Of a DNA stretch of 64,000 bases, positions 1-10,634 are shown piece by piece. A program made the translations under genes and the position numbers. Source of the stretch: a bacterium (GTDB taxonomy: Bacteria; DRYD01); NCBI GenBank assembly GCA_039630415.1, contig JBCNVB010000013.1, forward strand, positions 64,001-128,000, written 5' to 3'. Within the stretch, counting starts at the first letter, position 1. Every line of letters starts with the position of its first letter. A model generated the notes under the pieces. It searched no databases and was not told where the DNA came from. It was given only the letters and a program-made list of their open reading frames with translations.

Positions 1-124
1 TACAATAAAATAAGATCACTAGAATTATCCCAAGATTTGCTTGAAATAGCTAACTTTGTTTATAGTAGAGGTTTTTGAGTTATTTGATAGAAATGTTAAT
101 TTGGGGGTAAGGGAGTAAAGGTTC

Positions 125-871
125 ATGGATAAAATTAGGGTAAAAGTAAAAAGACAAGATAACCCTCAAACTAGTCCATATTGGCAAGAATTTGATGTAG
201 AGTATGAAGAAAACATGAACGTTATAATTTTGCTAATGAAAATAAATAGCAAATTGGTAGATGTGAATGGTAATGCGGTAAAACCGATAATGTGGGAGGC
301 AAGCTGCCTGGAACAAGTATGTGGAAGTTGTACGATGCTGATAAATGGTATTCCAGGACAGGCATGCTCAACGCTTGTAGATAAAATAGGCAAATACATT
401 GTAATAGAGCCATTAACTAAATTCCCAGTGGTTAGGGATCTAATAGTAGATAGAAGAAGAATGTTCGAGGGGTTGAAAAAAGTCAGAGCATGGATAGATA
501 TAGAGGGTACTCACGACATGGGCCCTGGACCAAAGTATAGCCAAGCTGTACAGCAAATTAGATATGCTCTATCTAGATGTATGACTTGTGGTGCTTGTCT
601 TGAAGCTTGCCCTCAATACAACTCATATACTAACTTCGTAGGACCATATGCCATCGCTCAAGCTCATTTATTCAATCTTCATCCAACTGGAAGTACTTTT
701 AAAAAACAAAGAATAGAGTATCTTGCTGGAAAGGAAGGTATAGCTAATTGCTCTAATGCACAATTATGTGTGCAAGTATGCCCAAAAGAAATACCCCTAA
801 CTGAAGCTATAGCTGAAATAAATTCAGAAGTTACAAAATATCTTATATCTCTGGCACTGGGTATCAAATGA
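125..871 (+). CDS. sdhB: Succinate dehydrogenase/fumarate reductase iron-sulfur subunit
   Basis: SCLEQVCGSC 2Fe-2S motif, CMTCGACLEACP and CSNAQLCVQVCP clusters, EPLTKFPVVRDLIVD typical of SdhB; GGAG upstream. Confidence 0.93.
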   Translation: MDKIRVKVKRQDNPQTSPYWQEFDVEYEENMNVIILLMKINSKLVDVNGNAVKPIMWEASCLEQVCGSCTMLINGIPGQACSTLVDKIGKYIVIEPLTKFPVVRDLIVDRRRMFEGLKKVRAWIDIEGTHDMGPGPKYSQAVQQIRYALSRCMTCGACLEACPQYNSYTNFVGPYAIAQAHLFNLHPTGSTFKKQRIEYLAGKEGIANCSNAQLCVQVCPKEIPLTEAIAEINSEVTKYLISLALGIK

Positions 872-1218
872 ATCAATATCCTACAGACAATTTTGTACTA
901 TTAATTCAGAAACTAAAAGAGCCATTCGATAAACTATCGATTTATATGCTTCATGCTCCTTTCTTCAACATAATGAAGTTGAATTTTGAAATACTGGCTG
1001 AGCAAGTGGCTTCTAGATATCTAAAGGATAGAGCTGCTTATGGTGGTAGTTTACCTCCGGAGATGGAAAGAGAATACTGTAATATTTTACTTGAATCACT
1101 AAGTCAGGGAAACCTAAAAGTTCTCGATTACATAGCATGGCTAAATGATGCTATATACTATATGGAAAATGAACAACCTCTGCCATTTGATTTTGATCAG
1201 TTCTTTAAATGGGAATAA
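868..1218 (+). CDS. Hypothetical protein, 116 aa
   Basis: ATGA overlap with the sdhB stop and TAATG coupling to argS; no recognisable motif. Confidence 0.7.
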   Translation: MNQYPTDNFVLLIQKLKEPFDKLSIYMLHAPFFNIMKLNFEILAEQVASRYLKDRAAYGGSLPPEMEREYCNILLESLSQGNLKVLDYIAWLNDAIYYMENEQPLPFDFDQFFKWE

Positions 1219-2813
1219 TGTACAGCATAAAGTACTATCTATTTGATAGAATACAGCAATTTTTGAATGATCAAAAACTAAGTTCTAAGGGTGTAGAAGT
1301 ATCTAGATCTCCATTAAAAGGGTTTGATTATGCTACTAACATTCTTTTCATTCACAAAAACATAGATCCACATAGTTTAGTAGATTTTTTTAAAAGTATG
1401 CAAATAGTGAAAGATGTCCAAATTAATAAAGGATTTATAAACATAGCTTTGGATAGATTAAATAGTGTTAATCTTATATTTGACTCATATTTAAGAGATT
1501 ATTGGAAGTCGTATGATATGGGTAAAGGTAAGAGGGTTTTAATAGAATTTGTTAGTGCGAATCCAACGGGTCCTCTTAATGCCGTAAACGGAAGATCTGC
1601 ATCATTTGGATTTACACTGGCAAATGTCCTAAAGTATTTTAATTACGAAGTTTATAAGGAGTACTATGTCAACGATGTAGGTGAGCAAATAGAAAAGCTA
1701 ATAGATAGTTTTGTAGAGAGGATAAAGGAAGCCAGAGGAATAGAGTTTAGGATTCCTGAGGGTGGGTATACCGGTGCATATCTGAAAGATCTAGCCAATT
1801 ACTATCTAAAGCTTTATAATGGTCAAAACGATTTTAATAGATATCAGTTGAAGGAATTCTTAGTTAATTACTTTGTGGATAGTCATAAAAAAACGCTGGA
1901 GAGATTCGGGGTTATTTTTGATAATTGGTTTTTTCAAAGTCAACTTAAAGAAATAGAAACGACTATACAATGGCTAAAAGATAAGGATTTGATGTACGAA
2001 AAGGATGGTGCTTTATTTTTCAGGAGCACTATATTTGGTGATGATAAGGATAGGGTGGTTAAAAAGACAGTTGGTAGAGTGGAATATACTTATTTTGCAT
2101 ATGATATAGAGTATATAAGAAACAAAATTAATAGAGGTTTTGATGAAATCATAACTATTCTAGGTCCAGATCATCATGGATATGTAAATAGACTTATTGC
2201 TGCAACAAAAGCCATAAATGATAGGTTTAATCATAGAGTGATTATTTTGCAAATTGTAAATATCTTGGAAAAAGACAAAGCTCTAAAGATGTCTAAAAGA
2301 AAGGGTATATTGGTTTTATTGGATGAGTTGATGGATAAGGTTAATCCATTTTTCTTAAGATATTTCTTTTTATCGAGATTAAAGGATTCACCTTTAGATT
2401 TAGATTTGGAGTTGATAAACAAGCTAACTCTTGATAATCCACTTTATTATGTTTTCTATGTTTATGCAAGGATATGTGGGGTGATTAGAAACTATACTGG
2501 ATCACTACCACAAATGGAAGAGATATTTAGTTTGAATGTGGATATAACTGATGATGAATTTGAGTTGTTTTTAGTTACTCAAGAATTTAGGGATGCTGTT
2601 TTATCTGGTATGAATGATCCTTATTATTTAACTTTGTGGGCCTCTAATTTTGCTAAGATATTCCATAGATTTTATAACTCGAATAAGATCATATGTTCTA
2701 ATGAGCTAGGAAAAGATAGAGAAAAATTGAGGATGATTCTTATTCTATTTTCAAAAGGAGTTTTGGAGATTTGGGCAAACTTATTAAATATACAGTTACC
2801 TGAAAAGATGTAG
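1218..2813 (+). CDS. argS: Arginine--tRNA ligase
   Basis: [58 protein letters not shown]; start placed at ATG 1218, which overlaps the upstream stop. Confidence 0.93.
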   Translation: MYSIKYYLFDRIQQFLNDQKLSSKGVEVSRSPLKGFDYATNILFIHKNIDPHSLVDFFKSMQIVKDVQINKGFINIALDRLNSVNLIFDSYLRDYWKSYDMGKGKRVLIEFVSANPTGPLNAVNGRSASFGFTLANVLKYFNYEVYKEYYVNDVGEQIEKLIDSFVERIKEARGIEFRIPEGGYTGAYLKDLANYYLKLYNGQNDFNRYQLKEFLVNYFVDSHKKTLERFGVIFDNWFFQSQLKEIETTIQWLKDKDLMYEKDGALFFRSTIFGDDKDRVVKKTVGRVEYTYFAYDIEYIRNKINRGFDEIITILGPDHHGYVNRLIAATKAINDRFNHRVIILQIVNILEKDKALKMSKRKGILVLLDELMDKVNPFFLRYFFLSRLKDSPLDLDLELINKLTLDNPLYYVFYVYARICGVIRNYTGSLPQMEEIFSLNVDITDDEFELFLVTQEFRDAVLSGMNDPYYLTLWASNFAKIFHRFYNSNKIICSNELGKDREKLRMILILFSKGVLEIWANLLNIQLPEKM

Positions 2814-2826
2814 AGAGGGAATTTGT

Positions 2827-3039
2827 ATGCCAAAGAAAAAGAAATGTGCCTTATGTGAAAAGAAAATAGAGAATATTGATTATAAAAATGTAGATCTTCT
2901 TAAAAATTACATTAGTGATAAGTACAAGATATTGCCGAGGAGAAATACCAAAAATTGTGCATGGCATCAGAGAATGATTTCCAGGGCGGTTAAGAGAGCA
3001 AGGATAATATCTCTATTGCCTTTTGTTCCCGAAGTTTAG
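2827..3039 (+). CDS. rpsR: 30S ribosomal protein S18 (Zn-binding C+ type)
   Basis: CALC...[33 protein letters not shown]...AVKRAR. Confidence 0.95.
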   Translation: MPKKKKCALCEKKIENIDYKNVDLLKNYISDKYKILPRRNTKNCAWHQRMISRAVKRARIISLLPFVPEV

Positions 3040-3048
3040 AATCTGGGA

Positions 3049-3816
3049 ATGATAAGAAATTTACTTTATGTTTTTATAGTTCTGACTGCACTTAGCTGGT
3101 TTTTGTTTGCAGTTTCTTATATCATACCTTTTAAAACCTATTCTATATATGTTTACATAGAAGACAAAAATACTGCACTTCAGGTATATCGTAAATTTCA
3201 AGATTACCTTAAATCGATAGATAAGGAAGCTCAGAAATACATAAAGCTTCATAAGATATCAGTACAGAAAAAAGTATTGGTAAATCAAGATTACTCTTAC
3301 TTGATTTTGGGTGTTAGAGAATCTATGGATTTTCTTAGCAAAAAGCTGAAAGTAAGGATGCAAAAAAGAGGATATTATCTTTCTATAGTACAGGTAGAAG
3401 AAGATGGAACTTCAATAGCTTATCTGAAAGATCTAATCTTTGTACCTCTTATCAAGGTTTCGCAAAAGGAATTAGATGATATAAATGAAAAATACTTGAA
3501 TTTCTATAAGGAAGATAAGTTGGTTGATTATATAAAGTTCTTAAGATCATATTTTTCAGATGTAAATGCGGATAAGATAGGTCGAATACAGTTTTTTATT
3601 TCCAGAAACTTTTTAATAAACTTTTGTTTGATGCCTTATACTACTTCAAAAGTAATAAATTTGCATGTTATCAAGGTGGAAAATGTTCCAAAGAAGGAAA
3701 ACCTAATCCAGTTACAGCAAATAGTAACACAATACAAAAAAGGTAAATTTCACATTAGTACAGAAGAAGAAGAAAGAATAGTGAATTTGAGGGTATTGAA
3801 TAAAAGGGAAAAATAG
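3049..3816 (+). CDS. Hypothetical membrane-anchored protein
   Basis: N-terminal hydrophobic helix; its stop abuts the glmS ATG. Confidence 0.7.
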   Translation: MIRNLLYVFIVLTALSWFLFAVSYIIPFKTYSIYVYIEDKNTALQVYRKFQDYLKSIDKEAQKYIKLHKISVQKKVLVNQDYSYLILGVRESMDFLSKKLKVRMQKRGYYLSIVQVEEDGTSIAYLKDLIFVPLIKVSQKELDDINEKYLNFYKEDKLVDYIKFLRSYFSDVNADKIGRIQFFISRNFLINFCLMPYTTSKVINLHVIKVENVPKKENLIQLQQIVTQYKKGKFHISTEEEERIVNLRVLNKREK

Positions 3817-4446
3817 ATGTGTGGGATAGTTGGATACAAAGGTGAACCAATAAAAGTAAAGAAAATACTTGATACTTTAAAACTACTAGAATATAGGGGT
3901 TATGATTCTGCGGGTATAGCTTATATACATCAAAATGGAATGTTAGAGGTCAAAAAAGTAGAAGGTAAAATTGACAAACTATATGATAACCTAGAGGATA
4001 CTTCAAGTGAATTAATAATAGCCCATACTAGGTGGGCTACTCATGGTATACCAAATCAAACTAATGCGCATCCTCATACATCCGGATCACTAGCTGTGGT
4101 TCATAACGGAATAATAGAAAATTATAAAGAAATAAAAGAGTACCTAAAGGATGTTGAGTTCAAATCTGAAACAGATAGTGAAGTAATAGTTCATTTGGTT
4201 AACCATTTTTATAAGGATAATGATTTGTTTGGTGCTGTTGTCAAAGCGGTTGATATGCTTAGGGGAGCTTTTGCTTTTGTCCTAATAGATAGCAAAACTA
4301 ATTCACTCGTTGCTGTTAAAATGGAAAGCCCTATTGTTATTGGAATACTTGACCATGGGTATATTGTCTCCTCAGATATTCCTTCCATTATCAAATGGAC
4401 AAGAAAAATAGTCAATCTTGAAAACGGAGATGTTTTCTATGTATAA
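3817..4446 (+). CDS. glmS: GlmS N-terminal glutaminase (GATase-2) part of a split glmS
   Basis: MCGIVG, LEYRGYDSAG, HTRWATHG, NAHPH, VHNGIIENY, SETDSEV; stops at TAA 4444-4446. Confidence 0.9.
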   Translation: MCGIVGYKGEPIKVKKILDTLKLLEYRGYDSAGIAYIHQNGMLEVKKVEGKIDKLYDNLEDTSSELIIAHTRWATHGIPNQTNAHPHTSGSLAVVHNGIIENYKEIKEYLKDVEFKSETDSEVIVHLVNHFYKDNDLFGAVVKAVDMLRGAFAFVLIDSKTNSLVAVKMESPIVIGILDHGYIVSSDIPSIIKWTRKIVNLENGDVFYV

Positions 4447-5614
4447 AGTGTATAATTTCATAGAAAAAAAATATCTTACTAGAAATGTTGAACTGATAGC
4501 ATGGGACATAGGTTTAGCGGAAAAAGGTGGATATAAGCATTTCATGATAAAGGAAATAAATGAGCAAGGTAAGGTGGTTAGGGACACCGTTTCTGGAAGA
4601 ATTGATTGGAACAGATATCAGGTATTGCTTGATGAGCCAGTAGCTGAATATCTTGATAGTATACAAATTTCTAACATGGTTTATGTTGCTTGTGGAAGTA
4701 GCTATCATGCAGGTTTAATTGGAACCTACTACTCTTGTGAGTTGGTGGGGGTTAATTCTTATTGTATTCAAGCTTCCGAGTTTAGGTATATTGATAAAAG
4801 TAAAATAAACCTAAAAGATACTTTGTTTATATTTATAAGCCAATCTGGGGAGACGGCTGATACTTTGTTTGTTGCAAGGGAACTCAAACAAATGAAAGCA
4901 AATATAATTGCTATACCAAATGTTATAGGAAGTAGCATGTATAGGGAATTTTTATCTTTTCCTACAAGGGCAGGAATAGAAATTGGTGTAGCTGCAACCA
5001 AAACTTTTGTAGCTCAGATTATCAATATACTTCTTCTAAATCTTTATCTTTCCCAAAAACTAGGAAACGATATAAAACCTATACTTGATGATCTTAGACA
5101 GTTACATGAGCGTATAGATTCAGTTCTTGAATCTTATGAGAATATCATGGACCTAGCTCAAAAGTATTGTGATTATAATCATTTTCTATATTTGGGTAGG
5201 CATTTGATGTATCCGGTCGCTTTGGAAGGTGCTTTGAAACTTAAAGAAATATCCTATATACATGCTGAAGCTTATCCTTCGGGTGAGATGAAGCATGGTC
5301 CGATAGCTCTTATAGATCACAAAATGCCTACTATGTACCTGGCTCCATCAAACAAATTGCTTTCTAAGAATATATCAAATATTCAAGAAATAAAAGCTAG
5401 AAAGGGAAAAATATTGGCTGTTGTTGATAAGAAAAGTAAAGAAGAAATAAGGGGCATGGTGGATGATATTATTGAGGTGAAAGTTGTTAACGAATATCTA
5501 CAACCCATAATAGTAGTAATTCCTCTTCAAATGTTTGCTTACTATATTGCTGACTGGAAAGGGTTGAATGTAGACCAGCCAAGAAATCTAGCCAAAAGTG
5601 TAACTGTAGAATGA
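4439..5614 (+). CDS. glmS: GlmS C-terminal isomerase (SIS) part of a split glmS, in the +1 frame
   Basis: AEKGGYKHFMIKEI, ACGSSYHAG, SQSGETADT, EGALKLKEISYIHAE, HGPIAL, DQPRNLAKSVTVE; candidate ATG 4439 with GGAG at 4426-4429. Confidence 0.85.
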   Translation: MYKVYNFIEKKYLTRNVELIAWDIGLAEKGGYKHFMIKEINEQGKVVRDTVSGRIDWNRYQVLLDEPVAEYLDSIQISNMVYVACGSSYHAGLIGTYYSCELVGVNSYCIQASEFRYIDKSKINLKDTLFIFISQSGETADTLFVARELKQMKANIIAIPNVIGSSMYREFLSFPTRAGIEIGVAATKTFVAQIINILLLNLYLSQKLGNDIKPILDDLRQLHERIDSVLESYENIMDLAQKYCDYNHFLYLGRHLMYPVALEGALKLKEISYIHAEAYPSGEMKHGPIALIDHKMPTMYLAPSNKLLSKNISNIQEIKARKGKILAVVDKKSKEEIRGMVDDIIEVKVVNEYLQPIIVVIPLQMFAYYIADWKGLNVDQPRNLAKSVTVE

Positions 5615-6126
5615 ATTTTGATGAGTTAATCAGACAGCTACAAATAGAAAATGAAAGATACAAAAGATATAAAACACCATGCAGTATAGTAATTTTTTTT
5701 GTTAACTGTGCGACTTCGAGCTTACAGGTCCAATACGGTCACAAAATAGTTATTGAACTGAAAAACTTGATAGATAAAGCTATAAGGAAAACAGATTATA
5801 TAGCTAGACATAAAAATACAGTCATAACGATTTTACCTAATATAGATATCGAAAAAGTTACAGGATTTGTTAATAGAATATTTTCACTCTTAGATAGTGA
5901 AGTTAAGAAAAATTATAAAGAATACTCTGAAAAAGATCAGGATGAAATGGTATTGGTTGACATAGTCATAGGTATAGGTATCATATGTTTTTCAAATTTG
6001 ATACCGGAAGGGGTTGATAACATAGTTATATGGAATGATTTTAACAAAGATAGTTTTTTAGAGTATCTTTCTAATCCAGAAATAATATATGAGAGTTGGG
6101 AAATAAGATTCCCGGTGATTGATTAG
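5611..6126 (+). CDS. Degenerate GGDEF-like domain protein
   Basis: ERYKRYKTPCSIV...YGH...IRKTDYIAR follows the GGDEF fold pattern, but the GGDEF motif is replaced by HKNTV. Confidence 0.6.
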   Translation: MNFDELIRQLQIENERYKRYKTPCSIVIFFVNCATSSLQVQYGHKIVIELKNLIDKAIRKTDYIARHKNTVITILPNIDIEKVTGFVNRIFSLLDSEVKKNYKEYSEKDQDEMVLVDIVIGIGIICFSNLIPEGVDNIVIWNDFNKDSFLEYLSNPEIIYESWEIRFPVID

Positions 6127-7213
6127 TATGGATATAGTCAATTTATTGATTAGCTTAATAAGGTATAAAACAATAGAGAGGAACAAGGATCAATTAAAGC
6201 AGATAGTAGATTTTTGTAGAGGATATTTGGAAGGTAATAGTTTACTTAGGTTCGATATTTTTGAGGTTAATGGTAAGTGGAATTTGATAGCTGATTATGG
6301 TGTTGATGTTGAGGTTTATTTTGTGGCTCATTTAGATGTTGTGGATGCAAATGATGAGCAGTTTGAGCCGCTAGTAGATGGCGATAGGGTTATAGGTCGA
6401 GGGGCTTTAGACATGAAGGGTCCAGCTAGTACACTCATCCATATGTTCAGAAATCTAAATGACAAGAAGTATCCAATTGGTCTTATATTGACTACAGATG
6501 AAGAAGTAGGTAGTCATGATGGGGTTAAGTATATAATACAGAACAAAAAAATAAATACTAATGCTAAAATGGCAGTAATACCCGACGGAGGGGAGAATTT
6601 CAAAATAATAACTAAGGGTAAAGGAGCTTTTCATTTTGTAGCCAAAGCAAAGGGTGTTTCTTGTCATGGTAGTACTCCATGGAATGGAGTAAATGCTATA
6701 GATAATATTATTAACTTCTATATAAGTTTAAAACAGGCTTTGTTATTGAATGAGAAGATGGATGATCCTGATCATTGGCATAATACTGTAAATATTGGAA
6801 AGATTGAGGGTGGTCAAAAAGTAAACATAGTTGCTCCGCATGCGTCAGCTCACATTGATATTAGATTTACCGAAAAATTTTCTTTAGAAGAGATATCCAG
6901 CATTGTTTACTACTATGCTAAAAAGTTTGATATTGATATTGAGGTTCTTTCGACGGGTCAGCCCGTTATAGCTAGGACTGACTCTCCATACTTTATTAAA
7001 TTCATAGATTCTTACAAATCGGTTATTGGAGAGCCCAAATATGCTGTTGAGCATGGGGCTACTGATGGTAGGTTTTTTGCAAGTATGGGTATAGATGTTA
7101 TAACGATATATCCCGTAGGTGCAGGAATTCATTCGGAATATGAATGGGTAAGTATACAATCTTTACATACCATGAGCAGATTATTTCATAAATTTGTTGA
7201 TAGCTTGGTGTAG
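6119..7213 (+). CDS. M20/M25/M40 family metallo-hydrolase (ArgE/DapE-like)
   Basis: AHLDVV, GRGALDMKG, DEEVGS, HGSTPWNGVNAI, GATDGRFF, GIHSEYE. Confidence 0.88.
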   Translation: MISMDIVNLLISLIRYKTIERNKDQLKQIVDFCRGYLEGNSLLRFDIFEVNGKWNLIADYGVDVEVYFVAHLDVVDANDEQFEPLVDGDRVIGRGALDMKGPASTLIHMFRNLNDKKYPIGLILTTDEEVGSHDGVKYIIQNKKINTNAKMAVIPDGGENFKIITKGKGAFHFVAKAKGVSCHGSTPWNGVNAIDNIINFYISLKQALLLNEKMDDPDHWHNTVNIGKIEGGQKVNIVAPHASAHIDIRFTEKFSLEEISSIVYYYAKKFDIDIEVLSTGQPVIARTDSPYFIKFIDSYKSVIGEPKYAVEHGATDGRFFASMGIDVITIYPVGAGIHSEYEWVSIQSLHTMSRLFHKFVDSLV

Positions 7214-7225
7214 GTGTATTGTAGG

Positions 7226-8494
7226 ATGAGGGTAATATTTTGGCTAGTAGTAATATTATTGCTTTCTATTTCAACGATTGTTTACTATAGATTGAATATG
7301 ACTCAGGAAAACATAGGTAAAGTTTTTAAAGATTCGTTTAAACAAGTTGAAAATCTTGAAAACGTAAAGCAAAAAGTTATAAATAAATTTGGAAATAGCA
7401 AGATAGTTTTTTTAGTTTTAGGGTTAGATCATAATTGGGTTGAGGGACACCTACCAACCAGTGAAGGTGCAAGAAGTGATACAATAATTCTGGTTACGCT
7501 TGATTTATATAATCAGGAGTTAAGGTTGTTGTCTATTCCTAGGGATTTAAGAGTTTATTATAAAGACTATGGTTACTATGATAAGATAAATGCTGCTATT
7601 GTTGTAGGCGGTCCTAGACTAACTAAACGAATAGTATCTGAAACACTGTCGGTATACATAGACTACATAGTAGTCATAAAACAGAAAGCTATTAAGAATT
7701 TAGTAGATTGTATTGGTGGGGTTTATATTGATGTTGAGAAAGATATGTTTTATGAAGATAGGTGGGGTAATTTAAGAGTTGATCTAAAAAAGGGTAGGCA
7801 GTTGCTTAATGGAGAGCAACTAATAGGATATATTAGATTCAGAATGGATGAAGAGGGAGATATTGGAAGAATTAGAAGGCAAAACCAAGCTATAATTGAA
7901 ATAATGCAACAACTACCAAATAAAGTAAGCAAGGATAATATCATGAAAATATTATCCGATGTTTTACCTTATATTCAAACAGATTTAGACAAAGAAAAAA
8001 TTTTACTTTTATTTGAATTATCAAAAATATCAAACCTTAAGTACAGATCATATAAACTTCCTATAAGAACTTTAGACATAGAGGGAGTTAGTTATGTAGA
8101 ACTTGAAAAACATAGTGATGTTGTTAAGGGATGGTACAAGGGGTATGATAAATTAGCTATTGTTAATGCCTGTAGAGTAGATAATACTTATCAAATCTAT
8201 GACAAATATATAGCTGGATCAAAATATATTCTGAACTCTAGTACTTACTTGGATAGTTATTTGCCTTTTTCTATAGTACTCTCTAAAAATGGTGATAATC
8301 CTTTATATTATAGAATACCTTTTGGTAAAGCAATGAGCGTTAAAGATTTCATTTATAATAGATATGTTGACAGTTCTTCTCAAATTTACTCAGCTAACAG
8401 GGATATATACCAATCTGAGATAAGAGAGATTAGGAAGTTAATTTACGATAACGATGTGATTTTGATATTGGGGGATGATAGCATTGATAAATAA
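7226..8494 (+). CDS. LCP (LytR-CpsA-Psr) family protein
   Basis: N-terminal TM; LVLGLD, RSDTIIL, LSIPRDL, KINAA, YIRFR, GDIGRIRRQ. Confidence 0.9.
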   Translation: MRVIFWLVVILLLSISTIVYYRLNMTQENIGKVFKDSFKQVENLENVKQKVINKFGNSKIVFLVLGLDHNWVEGHLPTSEGARSDTIILVTLDLYNQELRLLSIPRDLRVYYKDYGYYDKINAAIVVGGPRLTKRIVSETLSVYIDYIVVIKQKAIKNLVDCIGGVYIDVEKDMFYEDRWGNLRVDLKKGRQLLNGEQLIGYIRFRMDEEGDIGRIRRQNQAIIEIMQQLPNKVSKDNIMKILSDVLPYIQTDLDKEKILLLFELSKISNLKYRSYKLPIRTLDIEGVSYVELEKHSDVVKGWYKGYDKLAIVNACRVDNTYQIYDKYIAGSKYILNSSTYLDSYLPFSIVLSKNGDNPLYYRIPFGKAMSVKDFIYNRYVDSSSQIYSANRDIYQSEIREIRKLIYDNDVILILGDDSIDK

Positions 8495-8798
8495 GAAAGC
8501 TGATCAAATAGTAGATGAGCTTAAAAAGATGGATGTTTTCAATATTACGATAGTCAATACTCCTGAATACTTGACAGATTATTTTGTTGTAGGTAGTGTA
8601 GATAATGTGGTTACTTTGAGAGCAATAGTTGACAAGTTTAAGCAAGAGGGTGTTTTGGTTCATGGTAGTCCTGATAGTGGTTGGGTGATTTTTGAATTTG
8701 ATGATTTTTGGTGCCATATTTTTTTGCCACCTAAAAGAGAATACTACAGCATAGAAAGATTATGGGATCTGAAAAGTACAATGAAAGGAGTAAAATGA
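8475..8798 (+). CDS. rsfS: Ribosome silencing factor RsfS (Iojap)
   Basis: LTDYFVVGS...SGWVIFEFDDFWCHIF...REYYSIERLW. Confidence 0.85.
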   Translation: MIALINKKADQIVDELKKMDVFNITIVNTPEYLTDYFVVGSVDNVVTLRAIVDKFKQEGVLVHGSPDSGWVIFEFDDFWCHIFLPPKREYYSIERLWDLKSTMKGVK

Positions 8799-8802
8799 TA
8801 GC

Positions 8803-9831
8803 ATGAGAGTAATAAGATTTTTGTTATTTTTTGTGTACTTAATATGCTTAGCTATTTCAGCAGAAATAAAATATGAACTAATAAGTCCAAAACAAAAGAA
8901 TATAATTACTCGTCATCCTCAAGTGATAATTAAATATCCTTCTGATATAACACCGATTATTCAGATAGATTCGATTAGTTTGCTGGTGAATAACGTAGAT
9001 TACACTAACTATATAAGGTTTGATTTGTCTACACCTGAATTGGTTTTGTTTTTTTATTCTACAAAACCCATGAATATAGGTGAAAATGTAATAAAGGTGA
9101 AAGGAAAGTTAATCAATGATGAAGTATTTGAAAATGTTTTTGTTATAAAAGTTGATCCTAGATCTTCGGAAACTGTTAGATATTACCTAGATCTTATAAA
9201 CAGATCTTCTAATAGTAAAACGAAGAGCAGGTATTGTTTGGAGTTGGGTAAGTATTATGAAAAAAATGGGTATTATCTTGATGCTCTTTCCTACTATGAG
9301 CAAGCTATGAAGCTTGATAAATCTAACAAAAAAGCAAAGGAAGAGTATAACAGAGTATTATCAATTTTCCCAAATAAGGCTACTAAAATGCTAAACATAG
9401 TATTAGATGTTAGTATGGTTAACCTTGACGTTCTTAGAAGAAATAATATTTTTGTTTTTAGATGTGTTATTGAAAACTATAGAGATACTACTATTACGTT
9501 TAATTTAAATAACTTTCTTGTTTCCTCTGGTTCGGATTACTATCAACCTATAAAAGAACCTTATGAATATATAAGATCAATAACTCAAAGGAATTTAATG
9601 ACGCTTGATGATTTTGCTATTTGCAACTATTTGCTTAGTAAGGATGTATATAATTTCAATTATGTTGATGAGTTTAGTTTGGAGGGATTTTCACAAATGA
9701 AAATAGACCTTATGTTTAACATAAAAACAAAGAATAGAAATTTGATTTTCCAATTTTTTAAGGTAAGTGAGAAAGGTAAGAATAAGATAAAGGAGTTACC
9801 TTTGTATATTAAATTACCTTTTATGATATAG
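8803..9831 (+). CDS. Exported protein with a TPR segment
   Basis: Signal peptide-like N-terminus; [28 protein letters not shown] is TPR-like. Confidence 0.7.
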   Translation: MRVIRFLLFFVYLICLAISAEIKYELISPKQKNIITRHPQVIIKYPSDITPIIQIDSISLLVNNVDYTNYIRFDLSTPELVLFFYSTKPMNIGENVIKVKGKLINDEVFENVFVIKVDPRSSETVRYYLDLINRSSNSKTKSRYCLELGKYYEKNGYYLDALSYYEQAMKLDKSNKKAKEEYNRVLSIFPNKATKMLNIVLDVSMVNLDVLRRNNIFVFRCVIENYRDTTITFNLNNFLVSSGSDYYQPIKEPYEYIRSITQRNLMTLDDFAICNYLLSKDVYNFNYVDEFSLEGFSQMKIDLMFNIKTKNRNLIFQFFKVSEKGKNKIKELPLYIKLPFMI

Positions 9832-9950
9832 GAAAGGGGGTTAGGATGAAGGAGTTATTATTTTCAATTTTATTAGCTATGGAAAGCAAGATGAAAGTAG
9901 GTTATTTGATCGCTGATAAGCCGGGAATGATTATAAAGGGAGGTGTTAAT

Positions 9951-10610
9951 ATGAATAGCATGCTTAAATATCCGTATAAACTACCTGAAATGGGTTATTC
10001 ATACGATTCACTTGAGCCTCATATAGATGCTTTAACGATGGAAATACACTACACGAAACATCATGGTGCTTATGTTAACAATCTAAATACTGCCCTAGAG
10101 AAGTATCCATATTTACAGAATTTCACTTTGGAGCAGTTGTTAATGAACCTTTCTGCAATACCGAGTGACATAGTTGATGCTGTTAGAAATAACGGAGGAG
10201 GGCATTTAAATCATACAATATGGTGGTATACATTAACTCCTGGTGGAAGTAAAGTTCCAGTTGGTGAATTGGCGAAGGAGATAGAGAAAAATTTTGGAAG
10301 TTTTGAGAGTTTCAAGGAACAAATGAACAAGGCGGCTATGTCTAGGTTTGGATCTGGTTGGGCTTGGCTTGTTCTTGATCAGTTTGGAAAATTGCACATA
10401 ATCTCTACTCCTAATCAGGATAATCCAATAATGCAAAACTTGTTACCAATTTTCGGTATAGATGTATGGGAACACTCTTACTACCTAAAATACCAAAATA
10501 GAAGAGCTGATTACCTTAATGCTGTGTGGAATGTCCTTAACTGGGATTTAATTGAAAAGAGATATCAACAGATTAAATCCCAGATTGGATTACACGTAAT
10601 TGTTAACTAA
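9951..10610 (+). CDS. sodA: Superoxide dismutase, Mn-type signature
   Basis: [47 protein letters not shown] before ATG 9951 (alternative start at 9846). Confidence 0.93.
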   Translation: MNSMLKYPYKLPEMGYSYDSLEPHIDALTMEIHYTKHHGAYVNNLNTALEKYPYLQNFTLEQLLMNLSAIPSDIVDAVRNNGGGHLNHTIWWYTLTPGGSKVPVGELAKEIEKNFGSFESFKEQMNKAAMSRFGSGWAWLVLDQFGKLHIISTPNQDNPIMQNLLPIFGIDVWEHSYYLKYQNRRADYLNAVWNVLNWDLIEKRYQQIKSQIGLHVIVN

Positions 10611-10634
10611 TGTTAATTAATGGGGTGATAGGAT

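Noticed and set aside
1-78. 3' end of an upstream CDS (YNKIRSLELSQDLLEIANFVYSRGF*) as sdhA
   Set aside because: Too short to identify, and it does not resemble an SdhA C-terminus
94-110. TGTTAA...GGGTAA upstream of sdhB as a box
   Set aside because: The second hexamer has two mismatches and the spacer is G-rich, unlike the seven accepted sites
3700-3816. glmS ribozyme upstream of glmS
   Set aside because: The upstream CDS stop directly abuts the glmS ATG; there is no leader or structured GC-rich RNA
9846-9950. N-terminal extension or signal peptide on SodA
   Set aside because: The hydrophobic stretch is too short for a signal peptide and a stronger GGAGGT RBS precedes ATG 9951; it cannot be fully excluded
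10601-10616. TGTTAA pair after sodA as another operator box
   Set aside because: Spacing is 10 rather than 11, and it looks like a short duplication around the stop codon
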